Part shown: piece after piece, positions 49,309 through 51,655 of the stretch
Layout: every line of letters starts with the position of its first letter
Numbering within the stretch: position 1 is the stretch's first letter
NCBI GenBank assembly: GCA_037137395.1
Contig: JBAXKK010000006.1
Span: forward strand, 1 to 51,655
DNA: 51,655 bases
Reading direction: 5' to 3'
Source of the DNA: Elusimicrobiota bacterium
Lineage (GTDB): Bacteria; Elusimicrobiota; Elusimicrobia; Elusimicrobiales; UBA9959
The notes under the pieces: model-generated
Told to the model about the DNA's origin: nothing
Database searches by the model: none
Seen by the model: the letters and a program-made list of their open reading frames with translations, nothing else
Position numbers and translations under genes: made by a program

Positions 49309-51276
49309 TTACTTGCCCAGGAATTCTTTGACCTTCGCGGTGACGGCTTCGGGGGTGAAGCCGAAGTGCTTCATAACTTCATGCTCCGGCGCCGACACAC
49401 CGAAAGATTCTAACGATATCGTCAGCGAGCGCCCGGCGGCCAATTCTTTCCAGCCGGAACCGCATCCGGCTTCAATGAAAACTTTCGGCAGATCTTTCTC
49501 CAGCGCGGCGCCGCGATGCTCCGGGGTCTGCGCGGTGAAAACTTCAACGCATGGCATTGAAATAACCTTGGCCATTATTCCCTCTTTTTCAAGGCTCGCC
49601 GCCGCGGCAAGCGCCAGCGGCACTTCGGAGCCGGTGGCGATTAGTTCCACGTCAGGCCTGCCCGATGTCCCTTTGATAACATATCCGCCTTTTTTCACGC
49701 CCTCTTTTATTCTGTCCTTATGGGCCGCCTGTATCGGCAACTTCTGCCTTGAAAGCAGGAGGCAGGCCGGCTTTCTGTTCTTTAATATCTGCTCCCAGCA
49801 ATAGAAAGTCTCGTAAGCGTCGGCGGGCCGCCATACCGCTATGTTCGGTATCAGGCGCAGGGACATTGTTTGCTCCACCGGCTGGTGGGTCGGGCCGTCC
49901 TCGCCCAGGGCCACGCTGTCATGCGTGAAGACGAACGTTGCGGGGATGTTCATAATGGCCGCCATGCGTATGGCAGGGCGCATATAATCAGAGAAGGTCA
50001 GGAAAGTGGAGCCAAAAGCCCGAAGTCCGCCGTGCAGCGTCATGCCGTTCACTATTGCGCCCATGGCGTGTTCCCTGATGCCGAAGCGCATGTTGCGTTC
50101 CGGCTTTCCGGCGAAGTTGGTCTTGGTGGAGGCGGCCAGATCCGCCGACCCGCCAATGAGGTTCTCCACCCGTTCCGCCAGCACATTCAGCGCTTTACTT
50201 GAGGCGTCGCGCGTGGCCAGCGCCTCCGGGAATACCAAATCCTCGTCTCTGATGATATTGTCCGGCAGCTCCGGAGAGAAAAAATTGCTGAGCCTTGCTG
50301 CCAGCTCCGGTTTCTGTTCCCGGTAGGATTTGAGAAGTTTAAGCCATTTCTTCTCGGCCTTAAGGCCTTCCTGGTTAAGCGCTTCAAAGTGGGGGATGAG
50401 TTCCTCCGGATATTTAAAGGACTCTTCCCATGGCCAGCCGAGAGCTTTTTTTGTGGCCAAAACTTCGTTATGCTTTAGTGGTTCTCCGTGAACGCCCGCA
50501 GTATCCTGTTTGGGGCTGGCGAAGCCTATATGGGTTTTGGCGATAATCAGCGTCGGCTTTATCGCGCTTTTTTTTGCTTTCCTGATGCTGCGGTCAAGCT
50601 CCTCCAGGTCGTTGCCGTCCATAACTTCAAGGACGTCCCATTCAAGGGCTGAAAATCTTTTTTTTACATCCTCGGTGAAAGAGAGGGAAGTTGAGCCGTC
50701 GATGGTGATGCCGTTGGAGTCGTAGACGCAGACCAGTTTATTGAGCTTCAGGTGTCCAGCCAGTGAGGCGGCTTCGTTGCTTACGCCCTCCATCAGGTCG
50801 CCGTCGCCGGCGAAGACATAGGTGTGATGGTCTATCAGAGGCAGCTCGGGAGTGTTGAAGACGGATGAAAGATGTTTTTCAGCCAGCGCCATGCCCACCG
50901 CGTTGCCGAAGCCCTGGCCCAGCGGGCCGGAGGTTGTTTCCACGCCCTTAGTGTCCCCGTATTCCGGATGCCCCGGGGTTTTGCTGCCGAGTTGACGGAA
51001 GCGTTTTAGCTCGTCCATAGAGAGACCATAGCCGAAAAGGTGCAGCATGGCGTAAAGCATGGCCGAGCCGTGTCCGGCGGACAGCACGAAGCGATCCCGG
51101 TTCAGCCACTCCGGATTAGCGGGGTTATGTTTGAGGTGGCGGCTCCATAAAGCGTAGGCGGCCGGCGCCAGACCCAGCGGCAGTCCGGGATGGCCGGAAT
51201 TTGCTTTCTCCACCATATCAATGGCCAGCGCCCTGATAGCGTTTACCGCCAAAGTATCTGTTTCGTTAAAAGGCAT
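49309..51276 (-). CDS. tkt: Transketolase
   Basis: SGHPG, NRDRFVLSAGH, TPGHPE, GPLGQG, GDGDLMEG, FGIREHAM, THDS..GEDGPTHQP. Confidence 0.98.
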   Translation of the reverse strand: MPFNETDTLAVNAIRALAIDMVEKANSGHPGLPLGLAPAAYALWSRHLKHNPANPEWLNRDRFVLSAGHGSAMLYAMLHLFGYGLSMDELKRFRQLGSKTPGHPEYGDTKGVETTSGPLGQGFGNAVGMALAEKHLSSVFNTPELPLIDHHTYVFAGDGDLMEGVSNEAASLAGHLKLNKLVCVYDSNGITIDGSTSLSFTEDVKKRFSALEWDVLEVMDGNDLEELDRSIRKAKKSAIKPTLIIAKTHIGFASPKQDTAGVHGEPLKHNEVLATKKALGWPWEESFKYPEELIPHFEALNQEGLKAEKKWLKLLKSYREQKPELAARLSNFFSPELPDNIIRDEDLVFPEALATRDASSKALNVLAERVENLIGGSADLAASTKTNFAGKPERNMRFGIREHAMGAIVNGMTLHGGLRAFGSTFLTFSDYMRPAIRMAAIMNIPATFVFTHDSVALGEDGPTHQPVEQTMSLRLIPNIAVWRPADAYETFYCWEQILKNRKPACLLLSRQKLPIQAAHKDRIKEGVKKGGYVIKGTSGRPDVELIATGSEVPLALAAAASLEKEGIMAKVISMPCVEVFTAQTPEHRGAALEKDLPKVFIEAGCGSGWKELAAGRSLTISLESFGVSAPEHEVMKHFGFTPEAVTAKVKEFLGK

Positions 51277-51278
51277 AA

Positions 51279-51655
51279 TCAGTTCTCCTTTACCTTCGAG
51301 CTGTTTCGCAGCGCGAAGGCCTGTATCGCTATGATTGTTTTTGCGTCCTTAATTTTGCCGGTTTTAATCAGGCTGACGGCCTTTTTGAACGCTATGTGCT
51401 CCACATTTATAAATTCGTCTTCATCCGGAGCCGCCTTGCCGGCTTTGAGGCCGGTCGCCAGATAAACATGCAGGACTTCGTTTGAAAAAGCCGAAGTGGG
51501 CCAGAAAGCCGATAATTTCTCCAGCCTGGCCGCCGTATATCCGGTTTCTTCCCGGAGTTCAGCGCGTGCTCTGGCGGGAAGGGGATCGTTTTTTGAGTGC
51601 AGTTTCCCGGCCGGTATCTCAAGTGTTATCTCCTGCACAGGGTAGCGGTATTGGC
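51279..51655 (-). CDS. NUDIX hydrolase (ADP-ribose pyrophosphatase-like), 5' end outside window
   Basis: QYRYPV..TLEIPAGK, Nudix box ARAELREETG, DEDEFI, IKDAKT; frame open to the window edge. Confidence 0.9.
   Translation of the reverse strand, partial: QYRYPVQEITLEIPAGKLHSKNDPLPARARAELREETGYTAARLEKLSAFWPTSAFSNEVLHVYLATGLKAGKAAPDEDEFINVEHIAFKKAVSLIKTGKIKDAKTIIAIQAFALRNSSKVKEN

Overview
Bacterial chromosomal window from a diderm (lptF/lptG, outer-membrane barrel). Elusimicrobiota is my best guess from overall protein style; this is inference, not demonstrated. Core genes: rpmG-tRNA(Trp)-secE-nusG-rplK-rplA, a K+-independent membrane pyrophosphatase, infC-rpmI-rplT-pheS-pheT, zapB-like/zapA, rarA, xseAB, tlyA, an RlmD/TrmA-family methylase, comF, lptFG, a TrmJ-family methylase and tkt. 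Accessory blocks: a secreted GH3 + GH144 (beta-1,2-glucan) pair next to a REP-associated tyrosine transposase remnant and an AAA+/DUF4143 gene; an output-less Cache protein with two GH13 enzymes; and a six-gene operon with three B12-binding radical SAM enzymes and two glycosyltransferases. Highlights: (1) a 1776-aa SprA-like (type IX secretion translocon-like) barrel upstream of comF; (2) a 120-nt dispersed element in three copies whose 18-bp stem shows six compensatory changes; (3) a modular multi-hairpin element with TA-terminated inverted repeats; (4) about 14 intergenic 7/8-mer arrays, mostly inverted, several sharing an AGGAANTTCCT-like loop motif; (5) a recurring leaderless-mRNA promoter signature. 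No CRISPR array or rRNA was seen.
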